Shown in pieces: positions 1 through 8,418 of a stretch of DNA of 18,045 nt. The stretch spans positions 1 to 18,045 of the forward strand of contig JAVKHQ010000046.1 of NCBI GenBank assembly GCA_031459875.1. Reading direction: 5' to 3'. The stretch comes from Candidatus Fervidifonticultor sextus. GTDB lineage: Bacteria > Sysuimicrobiota > Sysuimicrobiia > Sysuimicrobiales > Humicultoraceae. Below the pieces are notes generated by a model, which was given only the letters and a program-made list of their open reading frames with translations, was not told the DNA's origin and made no database searches. The translations under genes and the position numbers were made by a program. Position 1 is the first letter of the stretch, and the number at the start of each line of letters is the position of its first letter.

Positions 1-791
1 TTTACATGATCCTGGTCTTCCTGTACCCCTCCATGTTGTTGTGGACCAGCAGCCTGGGCAAGGATGCTCTGGTGATTTTCGCCATGGGGATGGCGGCCTA
101 CGGCGCGGCCCGACTGCAGCGGCGCGTGGAGATGATCGGGATCTGGTGGCTGCTGGCGGGTCTGGGGGGTGTGCTCGTGATCCGCCCCCACGTGGCGGCG
201 ATCTTCGCCGTGGCCTCCGGGGCTTCGATGCTCGTGAGGCCGATCCGGGCGGGGCTGCTGACCCCGGCCCTGCGCCTGCTGGGTGTGCTGGCGGTGGCGG
301 GTCTGGCGGCGCTGACCGTGCGGACGGCCTCGGGCTATGTGGGGCTCGAAGAATTGGGGACCCAGGCAGTGTTCCAGGGCATCGAAGAGCGCCAGGAGGC
401 CGCTCGGGGCGGCTCCGCGTTCGAGCAGGTGGACGTCAGCACCCCGAGCGGGTTTGCCATGGCCATCCCCACCATTCTCATCCGACCGTTTCCGTGGGAA
501 GCCCACAACCTCGGAGCCATGGTGGCATCGCTGGAAGGGCTGCTGCTGCTGGGGCTGATCGTCTGGCGGCGGCGCAGCATAGTGGAAGCGCTACGCGCGG
601 CGCGGCGCGACGGGTACGCGCTGCACGTGGTGGTCTACGTGCTGCTGTTCATCTTCTTCTTCTCGGCGATCGGCAACTTCGGCATCCTGGCCCGGCAGCG
701 GGCGTCGCAGCTGTTCCCGTTTCTGTTCATGCTGGTCGCTTATACGGGGTTGCCGCGGGAACGCGAGCCGGTCGGGGGGCGCGACCGTTGA
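1..791 (+). CDS. 5'-truncated polytopic membrane protein, putative Wzy-like polysaccharide polymerase (GT-C-like)
   Basis: The frame is open to the window edge (TAC at 3-5 precedes ATG at 6) and stops at TGA 789-791. It has many hydrophobic segments plus a soluble loop, with motifs PSMLLWTSSLGKD, IRPH, RPFPWE and GNFGILARQR that resemble membrane proteins of polysaccharide loci. It lies directly upstream of wzx. The Wzy role is inferred from context. Confidence 0.6.
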   Translation, partial: YMILVFLYPSMLLWTSSLGKDALVIFAMGMAAYGAARLQRRVEMIGIWWLLAGLGGVLVIRPHVAAIFAVASGASMLVRPIRAGLLTPALRLLGVLAVAGLAALTVRTASGYVGLEELGTQAVFQGIEERQEAARGGSAFEQVDVSTPSGFAMAIPTILIRPFPWEAHNLGAMVASLEGLLLLGLIVWRRRSIVEALRAARRDGYALHVVVYVLLFIFFFSAIGNFGILARQRASQLFPFLFMLVAYTGLPREREPVGGRDR

Positions 792-793
792 GC

Positions 794-2302
794 ATGGTTG
801 ACCGCAACGCCAACGGCGTCACACCACGGATGGACGCCGTCGCGGTCCGGGGAGCCTTCTGGCTGGCCGGCGACCAGATCGGCAGCCGGATCATCGACCT
901 GGGGTTCGCCATGATCCTGGCGCGCCTGTTGTTGCCGGAGCACTTCGGCCTGCTGGCCATGGCGGCGACGTCGGCCGCCTTCTTCAGGCTCTTTGCCAAC
1001 TTGGGGTTGGGCGCGGCCATCGTCCAGCGGCGGGAGGTCGATGACGAGTACCTCTCAACAGCGTTCTGGGCGAACCTGGCCGCGGGCACGGTGCTCTTCC
1101 TGATCGTCGCTGCTTCGGGGGAGATCCTGGGCATCATGTTGCGCGAACCTCGGGTCGTCCCCGTCGTGCTCCTCCTGTCTTTGCGGTTTGTCATTGCCGC
1201 CGGGTCGGCCACGCAGGTGGCGATGATCTCGCGGCGTCTGGACTACCGCGCGCTGGCCCTCCGGTCGGTCGCCTCGACCGTCATCGCCGGAACGGTCGCT
1301 GTGGCCCTGGCGTCCGCGGGGATGGGAGTCTGGAGCCTGGTCGGACAGGAGCTGGTCAGGACGGTGGCCAACACAGTGCTCCTCTACCGCGCGACCGGAT
1401 GGAGCCCCCGACGGCGCTTCTCGTGGGCGAAGTTCCGGGACCTCTGGTCGTTCGGCGGCCCGTTGCTCCTGTCCCGGGTGTTCAACTACCTGGTCAGGAA
1501 TGCCGACAACCTCCTCGTCGGGAGGTACCTGGGAGCCTCCAACCTGGGATTCTATGCCTTCGGCTTCGCGATCTTCGCCGCGCCGCTCAACGATTTCACG
1601 GCCATCGTCCACCGCGTGATGTTTTCCGCGCTCTCGCGGCTGCAGGGGGATGAACGGCGGTTTCGGCGGGGATTCCTGCTGGCGACGCGGTACGCGACGA
1701 TGATCCTCATGCCGGTCATGACCGGCCTGGCCCTGGTCGCCCCCTTCCTCGTGGTCGTCTTCTTCGGGGCCAAGTGGGCGCCATCAGGCCCCGTGATCAG
1801 CCTGCTCGCCCTGGCGGGATTCGTCTCGATGACGACCGCCCTGGGGCCCAGCGGCCTCCAGGCCAGCGGTCGTCCCGAACTGCACCTGAAGGGCTCGGTG
1901 CTGTCGGTGCTCGTGTACGTGCCGGCGTTCGCGCTGGGGCTGCGGTGGGGCATCGTGGGGGTTGCGTCGGGTTACCTGGCGGCCACCGTGGTCCTGGCCC
2001 CATTCGGGTACCGGTTTCTTAGGCAGGCGACCGGCGTCACACTTCCCGAGCTGTGGGAGGCGATGGTTCCGGCCATCACCGGATGCGCGCTGATGGCTGC
2101 CGCCGTGTGGCCGGCCCGCTGGGCGCTCCAGTCGGCCGCTGTGCCGGCGTTGCCGACCCTGGTGGTGCTGGTGGGTCTCGGAGTCCCGGTGTACATCGGT
2201 GTGCTGTGGGCGATGCAGCGCCACGCCGTGCTGGGCCTGATCGGCGCGGTGCGGGAAGCCCTGCCCAGATCGTTCGGGCGTCTCGTCGGGGTAGCCGAGT
2301 AG
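794..2302 (+). CDS. wzx: Wzx flippase (PST/MOP family, WzxC-like polysaccharide export protein)
   Basis: The real start is probably ATG 794 (alternative ATG 830), not 41. Signature segments are RGAFW...ILARLLLPEHFGLLA, LGLGAAIVQRRE, STAFWANL, GVWSLVGQ and NADNLLVGRYLGASNLGFY. About 500 aa with many TM segments. Confidence 0.92.
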   Translation: MVDRNANGVTPRMDAVAVRGAFWLAGDQIGSRIIDLGFAMILARLLLPEHFGLLAMAATSAAFFRLFANLGLGAAIVQRREVDDEYLSTAFWANLAAGTVLFLIVAASGEILGIMLREPRVVPVVLLLSLRFVIAAGSATQVAMISRRLDYRALALRSVASTVIAGTVAVALASAGMGVWSLVGQELVRTVANTVLLYRATGWSPRRRFSWAKFRDLWSFGGPLLLSRVFNYLVRNADNLLVGRYLGASNLGFYAFGFAIFAAPLNDFTAIVHRVMFSALSRLQGDERRFRRGFLLATRYATMILMPVMTGLALVAPFLVVVFFGAKWAPSGPVISLLALAGFVSMTTALGPSGLQASGRPELHLKGSVLSVLVYVPAFALGLRWGIVGVASGYLAATVVLAPFGYRFLRQATGVTLPELWEAMVPAITGCALMAAAVWPARWALQSAAVPALPTLVVLVGLGVPVYIGVLWAMQRHAVLGLIGAVREALPRSFGRLVGVAE

Positions 2303-2309
2303 GGAATCC

Positions 2310-3131
2310 GTGTCCGCGGCACACGTCCTATTGAAACTGGCTGCCTTGCCCTACGGCATGCTGTTCCGCGAGCGCCGGCCCGGCCTGGTCATCCTCGGCT
2401 ACCACCGCGTCGGCGGCGGGACCAGCAGCGACGTTGATCTGCCGGTGGCCGAGTTCGCCCGCCAGATGGCCTACCTCAGCCGGTCCTGCCGCTTGGTGTC
2501 GCTGGACGACCTGGTCGCCGGGACGGTTGGCGCCCCGGCCGATGGTGCGGACGATGCGGTCGCGGTGACCTTCGACGACGGGTCCAGGGATCTCTACGAG
2601 CAGGCGTGGCCGGTGTTGGAGCACTACCGGATTCCGGCCACGGTCTACCTGACCACGCAGTACATCGAATCCCAGCGGCCGTTCGACTTCGGTGACTACG
2701 CCCGCGCCGCCGCCCGGCCCGATCCCCTCACGTGGACGCAGGTGAGGGAGATGGTCGGTACAGGGCTGATCTCTGTGGGGGCGCATACGCATACCCATCG
2801 GAATCTTGCCCGCTTGAGCCTGCAGGAGGTGCGCAACGAGGTCGAGCGCAGCTACCGGTGCATCGCCGAGCGGACCGGACGTGCGCCGATGCACTTCGCC
2901 TACCCGTGGGGCGCGCTGACGCCGCCGGTGCGCCGCGAAGTCGGAGTGTTTTTTCGAACCGCGGTGCGCGGGGGATGCGGCAAGAACCCCTTCGGTGCCC
3001 TCGACCTCCTTGCCCTGTGGCGGCGGCCGATCCAGCAGAGCGACCGTGCCTGGTTCTTCAGGCTCAAACTCCGCTCCTACCTGGATGGAGAAGAACTCGC
3101 GCGTGCGGTGGTCGCCAGGGTGCGCGCATAG
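2310..3131 (+). CDS. Polysaccharide deacetylase (CE4/NodB homology, IcaB/PgaB-like motif order)
   Basis: GTG start 7 nt after the wzx stop. Motifs: ILGYHRV, VTFDDG (motif 1), GAHTHTH (metal His pair), FAYPWG. Confidence 0.9.
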   Translation: MSAAHVLLKLAALPYGMLFRERRPGLVILGYHRVGGGTSSDVDLPVAEFARQMAYLSRSCRLVSLDDLVAGTVGAPADGADDAVAVTFDDGSRDLYEQAWPVLEHYRIPATVYLTTQYIESQRPFDFGDYARAAARPDPLTWTQVREMVGTGLISVGAHTHTHRNLARLSLQEVRNEVERSYRCIAERTGRAPMHFAYPWGALTPPVRREVGVFFRTAVRGGCGKNPFGALDLLALWRRPIQQSDRAWFFRLKLRSYLDGEELARAVVARVRA

Positions 3132-3134
3132 TCC

Positions 3135-4343
3135 GTGAGCAGCCAGCGCATCGCCATGCTGCACGTTATCGAGGGACTCGGCACCGGGGGGTCCGAGCAG
3201 CAGCTCGTGGCGTTTCTGCTGCACAGCGATCCGGCGCGGTTCCGGCACGAGGTCTGCACCCTGGCGCAGGTCGGGCGCTTTGCCGAGCAGGTTCGCCACG
3301 CCGGGATCGCGCTGCATACCCTCGGGGTGAGGGCGGATGGCGACCTGCTGCGGACTTTCCGACGACTGCATCGTATCGTGAAGCGGGTCCGCCCTCAGGT
3401 CCTGCACACCGTCCTCTACCGCCCGACCGTTGTGGGGCGTCTGGTGGGATACCTGACGGGCACCCCGGTGATCACCACCCTGGTCAACACCGCCTACGAG
3501 CCCGAGTGGTACCTCGACAATCCGCGCCTGAGCCCGTGGAAGGCTCGGGTCGTGCGAGGTGCGGATCGCCTTACGGCCAGGTGGTGGGGGGGTCGGTACG
3601 TCGCGATCACCGAGAGCGTCAAGGTCTCGGCGGTTCGCCAGCTCGGCCTCCCGCCCGAAGCGATCGCGGTCGTTCCTCGTGGGATCGCGTTAGACGGTCG
3701 GGGAGATGCGCAACCGGCGGATGTCGCGGCCGTGCGAGCCACGCTGGGATGGCAGGACGCCTATCCGCTCCTGCTCAACATCGGCCGGCTTGTGCCGCAG
3801 AAGGGTCAACAATATGCCATCTACGCCATGCCGGCTGTCCTCTCGCGGTTTCCGTCGGCGCGTCTGATGATCGCCGGGGAGGGGCCAATGCGCCCGACGC
3901 TCGAGGCGATTATCCGGCGGGAGGGACTGGAAGACCGGGTGGGCCTCCTGGGGGATCGGTGGGATGCCGCAACCCTGCTGGCGGCCGCGGATATCTTTGT
4001 TTTTCCGTCTCTGTTCGAGGGGTTGGGCAACGCAGTCCTCGAGGCCATGGCGGCCGGAAAGCCGTGTGTGCTCAGCCGGATCCCGGCCCTGCGGGAGATC
4101 ACCGGAGACGGTCAGGTAGCGATCCTGACCGACATCCGCTCTCCGGCGGGTCTCGCCGCCGCCGTGGTGCGCCTGGCCGAGGACCGCGCCCTGGCCGTGC
4201 GGCTCGGCGCCGAGGCCCGGGAGTGGGTGAGGACGCGCTACGACCTGGCGCGCAGCGTGAGGGCTCTGGAAGAGGTCTTTGCGAGATTTGCGGCCGAGGC
4301 GGGTGTGCGTTCTGCGCATCGGGTCAGGACCGTGGAGGCCTAG
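3135..4343 (+). CDS. Glycosyltransferase family 4 (GT-B fold)
   Basis: N-terminal LHVIEGLGTGGSEQQL, then IGRLVPQKGQ, and DIFVFPSLFEGLGNAVLEAMAAGKP containing the E-X7-E motif. Confidence 0.93.
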   Translation: MSSQRIAMLHVIEGLGTGGSEQQLVAFLLHSDPARFRHEVCTLAQVGRFAEQVRHAGIALHTLGVRADGDLLRTFRRLHRIVKRVRPQVLHTVLYRPTVVGRLVGYLTGTPVITTLVNTAYEPEWYLDNPRLSPWKARVVRGADRLTARWWGGRYVAITESVKVSAVRQLGLPPEAIAVVPRGIALDGRGDAQPADVAAVRATLGWQDAYPLLLNIGRLVPQKGQQYAIYAMPAVLSRFPSARLMIAGEGPMRPTLEAIIRREGLEDRVGLLGDRWDAATLLAAADIFVFPSLFEGLGNAVLEAMAAGKPCVLSRIPALREITGDGQVAILTDIRSPAGLAAAVVRLAEDRALAVRLGAEAREWVRTRYDLARSVRALEEVFARFAAEAGVRSAHRVRTVEA

Positions 4344-4374
4344 GATCGGCTGGTCGGTCCGCCCCACAGACTCC

Positions 4375-5433
4375 ATGGACAGAATCACGCTGGCGCTGAC
4401 CTGGTTGGCCCGGATACTGGACTTCGACCGCGAGCAGGTGCTCCGGGTGCTCGTCTACCATCGGGTGCGGGTCCCCGGACGGGCGTGGAGGGGCGACCCG
4501 GACGTCCTGAGCACGGACGTCGAGGCGCTCGATGCCCAGATGGCCTACCTGGTGCGCCACTACGTCCCGGTGACAGGCACTCAGGTCGTAGCGGCGTTGC
4601 AGGGTCTGGCGGTGTTGCCTTCACGTGCGGTGCTGGTGACCTTCGACGACGGGTATCGGGACTTCCTGGACGCAGCCTGGCCCGTGCTCAGGCGTCATGG
4701 GGTCCCCGCCGTGCTCTTCGTCCCCACGGCGTTTCCCGGGACGCGGGCGGCGTTCTGGTGGGACGAAGTGCACGAACTCGTGAGTGGAACCGCAGCCGAC
4801 GAGGTTATCGCTTTTGAGATCGGGCGGCTCCCGCTGCGTACCACAACAGACCGATGGAGGGCTGTCCGGGTGTTGAACCGCTTCCTGAAAGCGCTGCCGC
4901 CCGACGAGCTGTCCGACCGGTTGCAGGTCCTCCAGAGGAGCCTGGGCCCGGTGGATGCCGCTGATTCCTGGGTGCTCTCATGGGACGAGTTGCGGCGGCT
5001 CGCCGCAGACGGCCTCGCGGTGGGCTCGCACGCCCGCACGCACGCGGCGCTGCCGCGCTTGGCATTGGAGCACCTCGAGGGCGAGATCCGAGGCGCCGAT
5101 GAGGATCTCAAGCGGGAACTGGGGGGCGGGGTTCTGCTCTTTGCCTTTCCCTACGGCATGATCGACCCGCGGGCGGTGCCCATGCTTCGAGAGTTGGGGT
5201 ATGCCGGAGCATTCGGCCTGCTGCTGGGGCGAAACATGTTGGACCGGACCGATCCCTTCGCGATGTTCCGACACTCCGTCGACTGGCGAGACTCTCTGGG
5301 TTACACGGCTTTCAGCCTGTCAACGTGCTATGTCGGCCTCTACGAGGCCGGGCGGGCGGCGAAACGGCACTTCATGGGGCTTTTCTCGACGCGGCCGTCA
5401 GGAGCCGGGACTAAGGCGCCGAGGACTGTCTGA
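4375..5433 (+). CDS. Polysaccharide deacetylase (CE4/NodB, long form with helical insertion)
   Basis: Start reassigned to ATG 4375, after the GT4 stop at 4343. Motifs: VLVYHRV, VTFDDGY, GSHARTH, FAFPYG. An insertion starting FWWDE lies between the AVLFVPT strand and LSWDEL. Confidence 0.88.
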   Translation: MDRITLALTWLARILDFDREQVLRVLVYHRVRVPGRAWRGDPDVLSTDVEALDAQMAYLVRHYVPVTGTQVVAALQGLAVLPSRAVLVTFDDGYRDFLDAAWPVLRRHGVPAVLFVPTAFPGTRAAFWWDEVHELVSGTAADEVIAFEIGRLPLRTTTDRWRAVRVLNRFLKALPPDELSDRLQVLQRSLGPVDAADSWVLSWDELRRLAADGLAVGSHARTHAALPRLALEHLEGEIRGADEDLKRELGGGVLLFAFPYGMIDPRAVPMLRELGYAGAFGLLLGRNMLDRTDPFAMFRHSVDWRDSLGYTAFSLSTCYVGLYEAGRAAKRHFMGLFSTRPSGAGTKAPRTV

Positions 5434-5553
5434 AAGGAATCGTTCGCGTAGACTTCGGATGCTGCATGGCCGTCCAAGTTGCAGTCGGTTCAGGGATGGA
5501 TAGCGGGCGAGGGCTCGCCGGGTGGGCGGAAGCCCAGGACGCGCTGAGACGCT

Positions 5554-5559
5554 GGGAGG
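5554..5559 (+). promoter_or_regulatory. Shine-Dalgarno sequence for the 5566 CDS
   Basis: GGGAGG lies 6 nt upstream of GTG 5566. An in-frame TGA at 5545-5547 rules out a longer N-terminus. Confidence 0.7.
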
Positions 5560-5565
5560 CCGAAC

Positions 5566-6393
5566 GTGGCGCACTTCCTGTGCACCGTTGACGCCGACTG
5601 GGTCCCGGGGTCCGGCGCCGGCCTTGCCGCGCTGCTCCGCCTGTTCGACGAGGCGGGTCTGAAGGCCACCCTCTTCGCCACCGGGCGCTTCTGTCTGGCC
5701 TACCCTGGTCTGATCCGGTCAGCGGTTGCGTCGGGGCACGAGATCGGCGTCCACGGCTGGGAGCACCCGATGCCGCGCTTTCGGGCCGAGAACTACCGCT
5801 TCACCCCGTTGCACGCCCGCCGGACATGGTTGGTGCAGGCAACGCAGGCGGTGGCGGATGTGGTCGGGCGAGCGCCGAGGGCGTTTCGGGCACCCTTCCT
5901 CTGGACCGACGCCGCGACATTTGGATTGCTCGAGGATTTGGGCTACACGATGGATTCGTCGGTACCGTCGCGACGGTTCGACGGCCTGCTCGGTGTGGTC
6001 AACCATGTGGACTACTTCCGCGCGCCTCTGGCGCCCTACCATCCCGACCGCGAGCGCCCGGCCCGTCGGGGCACCAGTCCCGTCCTCGAAATCCCGCCGT
6101 CGGCCTGGCTGCTCCCATTGAACATGAGCACGCTGCGGTTTGTGGGACTGCGGGGAACGATGCGGGTGACCCGGCTGGTGGCGAAGTGCTCGCCGGTGGT
6201 GAACTTCTACTGTCATCCGTGGGAGTTCGTGGAGCCTTCGGCTATGGAGTTTCCGCCCGGCACCCCGCCGCGCCACACCCGCAGCGTCGGCCCACAGTGG
6301 TTGCGGCCGTTGAAGGCGTTTGTGGACGCGGTCCTCGCGTTGGGCTATCAGTGTCGAACCATCTCTGAGGTGGCGGCGTGCGCCTTGTGGTAG
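5566..6393 (+). CDS. Polysaccharide deacetylase (CE4, PuuE/HpPgdA-like, DUF3473-like C-terminus)
   Basis: Motifs: TVDADW, KATLFATG, GHEIGVHGWEH, AFRAP, MDSS, LEIP, NFYCHPWEF. Good RBS. Confidence 0.88.
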   Translation: MAHFLCTVDADWVPGSGAGLAALLRLFDEAGLKATLFATGRFCLAYPGLIRSAVASGHEIGVHGWEHPMPRFRAENYRFTPLHARRTWLVQATQAVADVVGRAPRAFRAPFLWTDAATFGLLEDLGYTMDSSVPSRRFDGLLGVVNHVDYFRAPLAPYHPDRERPARRGTSPVLEIPPSAWLLPLNMSTLRFVGLRGTMRVTRLVAKCSPVVNFYCHPWEFVEPSAMEFPPGTPPRHTRSVGPQWLRPLKAFVDAVLALGYQCRTISEVAACALW

Positions 6394-7202
6394 CCACGAC
6401 CGACGACGACCCGCTGGCTGGCGAGTTCTGGGGAGCCTACCGGCGTGCGGGTGGCCCGCCGCCGGCGGCGGTCATGTTCCTCGCGCGGCGGCGCCGTGCA
6501 CCGGCGTGGCGTGTCGTTGTCGAGGGGCTGTTGCTGTTCGGCCTGCGCGGCGGCGTCCGCGCGTGGCGGCTGCGGCGGCAGGCGCGGTCCGTCCTGCGCC
6601 ACGCCCCGCAGCGGGTGTTTGCGGGGGTCGGGGCCTTCTACAGGGTCGCCAGCCTCAACCGCGGCGAGGGACTGGCGATCCTCGGGCGCATCAAGCCCGA
6701 CCTATTGGTGTCGGCGGGATCCCCGGAGGTGTTCAAGCCCCACGTGCTGAGTCTGCCGACGATCGGTAGCGTCAACGTCCACAACGGCAGGCTGCCGGCC
6801 TACCGCGGGCTGTTCGGGACCTTCTGGGAAGCGCTGCGCGGCGAGGTCTGGGGGTATGCGTGCGTGCACGCCATGTCCCCGGACGTTGACGCGGGCCCGG
6901 TGCTGGCGCAGGGGCCGGTTCGGATGGACGGGTGCGGGTTGTGGGAGGTCCTGGCCGCCAAGAAGCGCCTGGGCGGCGGGCTGCTGGCATGGGTGGTGAG
7001 ATTCGCGCAAGACACCGGCCACCTCCCACCTCCGTGTCCGCTTAACGACAGTCTCGTGCCGGGATACTACGGCTGGCCGAGGCTGGGAGATATCCTGCGG
7101 CTGTGGCTGGCGAGGCGGCTGGCCCGATTGGGACAGACGCCGGGGAGGCGAGCCAGGGCGCAGCCCTGGCCCGCAGACCTCGCCGGGGACGTCCATGCCT
7201 GA
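6378..7202 (+). CDS. N10-formyl-THF-dependent formyltransferase family protein (sugar N-formyltransferase-like)
   Basis: PDLLVS, SVNVHNGRLPAYRG (N-x-H catalytic pair) and VHAMSPDVDAGPVLAQ (catalytic Asp). Overlaps the upstream deacetylase by 16 nt, with a GAGGTGG RBS. It lacks the C-terminal tRNA-binding domain of Fmt. Confidence 0.85.
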   Translation: MRLVVATTDDDPLAGEFWGAYRRAGGPPPAAVMFLARRRRAPAWRVVVEGLLLFGLRGGVRAWRLRRQARSVLRHAPQRVFAGVGAFYRVASLNRGEGLAILGRIKPDLLVSAGSPEVFKPHVLSLPTIGSVNVHNGRLPAYRGLFGTFWEALRGEVWGYACVHAMSPDVDAGPVLAQGPVRMDGCGLWEVLAAKKRLGGGLLAWVVRFAQDTGHLPPPCPLNDSLVPGYYGWPRLGDILRLWLARRLARLGQTPGRRARAQPWPADLAGDVHA

Positions 7203-8388
7203 CCCGACGCGGGTGCGGCTGGCGCACCTGACCACCGTGGATCTCAGCCTGCGGTTCCTGCTCCGCGACCAGCTCAAGAGTTTCGCACGGGAAGGCTTCG
7301 AGGTGGTGGCGATCAGCGCCCCGGGGCCGTGGACGGCCGAGTTGGAGCGCGACGGGGTGACGCACATCCCGGTGCCGTCGCTGCGCCGACGGTGGGCGCC
7401 GCTGGCCGACCTGGACGCCTTTGTTCGGTTGGTCCGCATCCTGCGCCGGTACCGGCCGACCATCGTCCACACCCACACGCCGAAGGCGCGCGTGCTGGGG
7501 CGACTGGCGGCCCGGGCGGCCGGGGTTCCCATCGTCGTCAACACCTTCCACGGCCTCTACGGCATGGAGGGGCCTGCCCTCCGACGGGGCTTCTTCCTGT
7601 GGCTGGAGCGGGTGGTCGCGCGCTGGTCGGACTTCGAGTTCTCGCAGAGCCTGGAGGATCTGGCGACCCTGCGGGCGGCGCGCGTGGCCGATCCTGAGCG
7701 CTCGGCCTATCTGGGTAACGGTGTGAACCTCGACGTGTTCGATCCCGATCGGGTAGACGGCGCGACGGTGCGGAGGCAGTTGGGCATCGAGCCGCAGGCC
7801 GTCGTGGTGGGAACCGTGGGGCGCCTGGTGTGGGAGAAGGGCTACCGGGAGTTCTTTGCTCTGGCAGAGGCCCTGATCGCCGGCGAGCCCGGGGTTGTCG
7901 TGCTGGTGGTCGGACCCCACGAGCCCGGTAAAGGCGATGCGGTGCCGGCGGCGGTCGTTGACGATCTGCAGCGGCGCGGGGTCGTCCGGTTCCTTGGCAT
8001 GCGGACCGACATGCCATCACTCTACGCCGCGATGGACATCTTTGTGCTGGCGTCCTATCGCGAAGGATTCCCGCGCGCGGCGGTGGAGGCCGCGGCCATG
8101 GGCCTGCCGTTGGTTCTCACGGACATCCGGGGATGTCGCGAGGTGGTGCGCGACGGCCAGAACGGGTTCCTGGTCCCTGCGCGCAACGCCCCGCGCCTGA
8201 TTGAAGCGGTGCGACGACTGGTCCACGACCGCGACCAGCGCGTGCGTTTCGGACGGGAGAGCCGACGGCGCGCCCTGGAGGAGTTCGACGAGCGCCGCGT
8301 GATTGCCACGACGCTGGGCGTCTACCGCCGGCTCTTGCAGGAGAAGCGGGGGCTGGCCGCCATGGCCGTGTCCGAGAGCCACACGTAG
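7195..8388 (+). CDS. Glycosyltransferase family 4 (CapM-like)
   Basis: IVHTHTPKA, NTFHG, GNGVNL, VGRLVWEKG, and DIFVLASYREGFPRAAVEAAAMGLP with the E-X7-E motif. Overlaps the previous CDS by 8 nt. Confidence 0.93.
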   Translation: MPDPTRVRLAHLTTVDLSLRFLLRDQLKSFAREGFEVVAISAPGPWTAELERDGVTHIPVPSLRRRWAPLADLDAFVRLVRILRRYRPTIVHTHTPKARVLGRLAARAAGVPIVVNTFHGLYGMEGPALRRGFFLWLERVVARWSDFEFSQSLEDLATLRAARVADPERSAYLGNGVNLDVFDPDRVDGATVRRQLGIEPQAVVVGTVGRLVWEKGYREFFALAEALIAGEPGVVVLVVGPHEPGKGDAVPAAVVDDLQRRGVVRFLGMRTDMPSLYAAMDIFVLASYREGFPRAAVEAAAMGLPLVLTDIRGCREVVRDGQNGFLVPARNAPRLIEAVRRLVHDRDQRVRFGRESRRRALEEFDERRVIATTLGVYRRLLQEKRGLAAMAVSESHT

Positions 8389-8418
8389 ACCTGCGGAGCG
8401 CTTGGAAGAGCACCGACC

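Noticed and set aside
41..793. N-terminal 251 aa of the 753-aa ORF 41..2302
   Set aside because: It overlaps the real membrane-protein CDS in another frame and has Arg/Gly/Ala shadow composition. The flippase similarity begins only after ATG 794, so this is not a fusion.
2732..4399. 555-aa alternative-frame ORF on the + strand
   Set aside because: It has no recognisable motifs, is Arg/Gly/Pro-rich, and overlaps two well-supported genes.
2462..4654. Identical DNA blocks shared by two deacetylase genes (GGTGACCTTCGACGACGGGT at 2564-2583 and 4635-4654; CCAGATGGCCTACCT at 2462-2476 and 4536-4550)
   Set aside because: They are explained by conserved protein motifs (VTFDDG, QMAYL) plus strong codon bias, so they are not evidence of a mobile or regulatory repeat.
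5479..5506. Possible sigma70 promoter TTGCAG-N16-TAGCGG in the intergenic gap
   Set aside because: The -10 match is poor and cannot be supported without transcript data.
6378..7202. Calling this gene fmt or purN
   Set aside because: It lacks the Fmt C-terminal domain and the PurN N-terminal SGxGSN loop, and the context is glycan biosynthesis.
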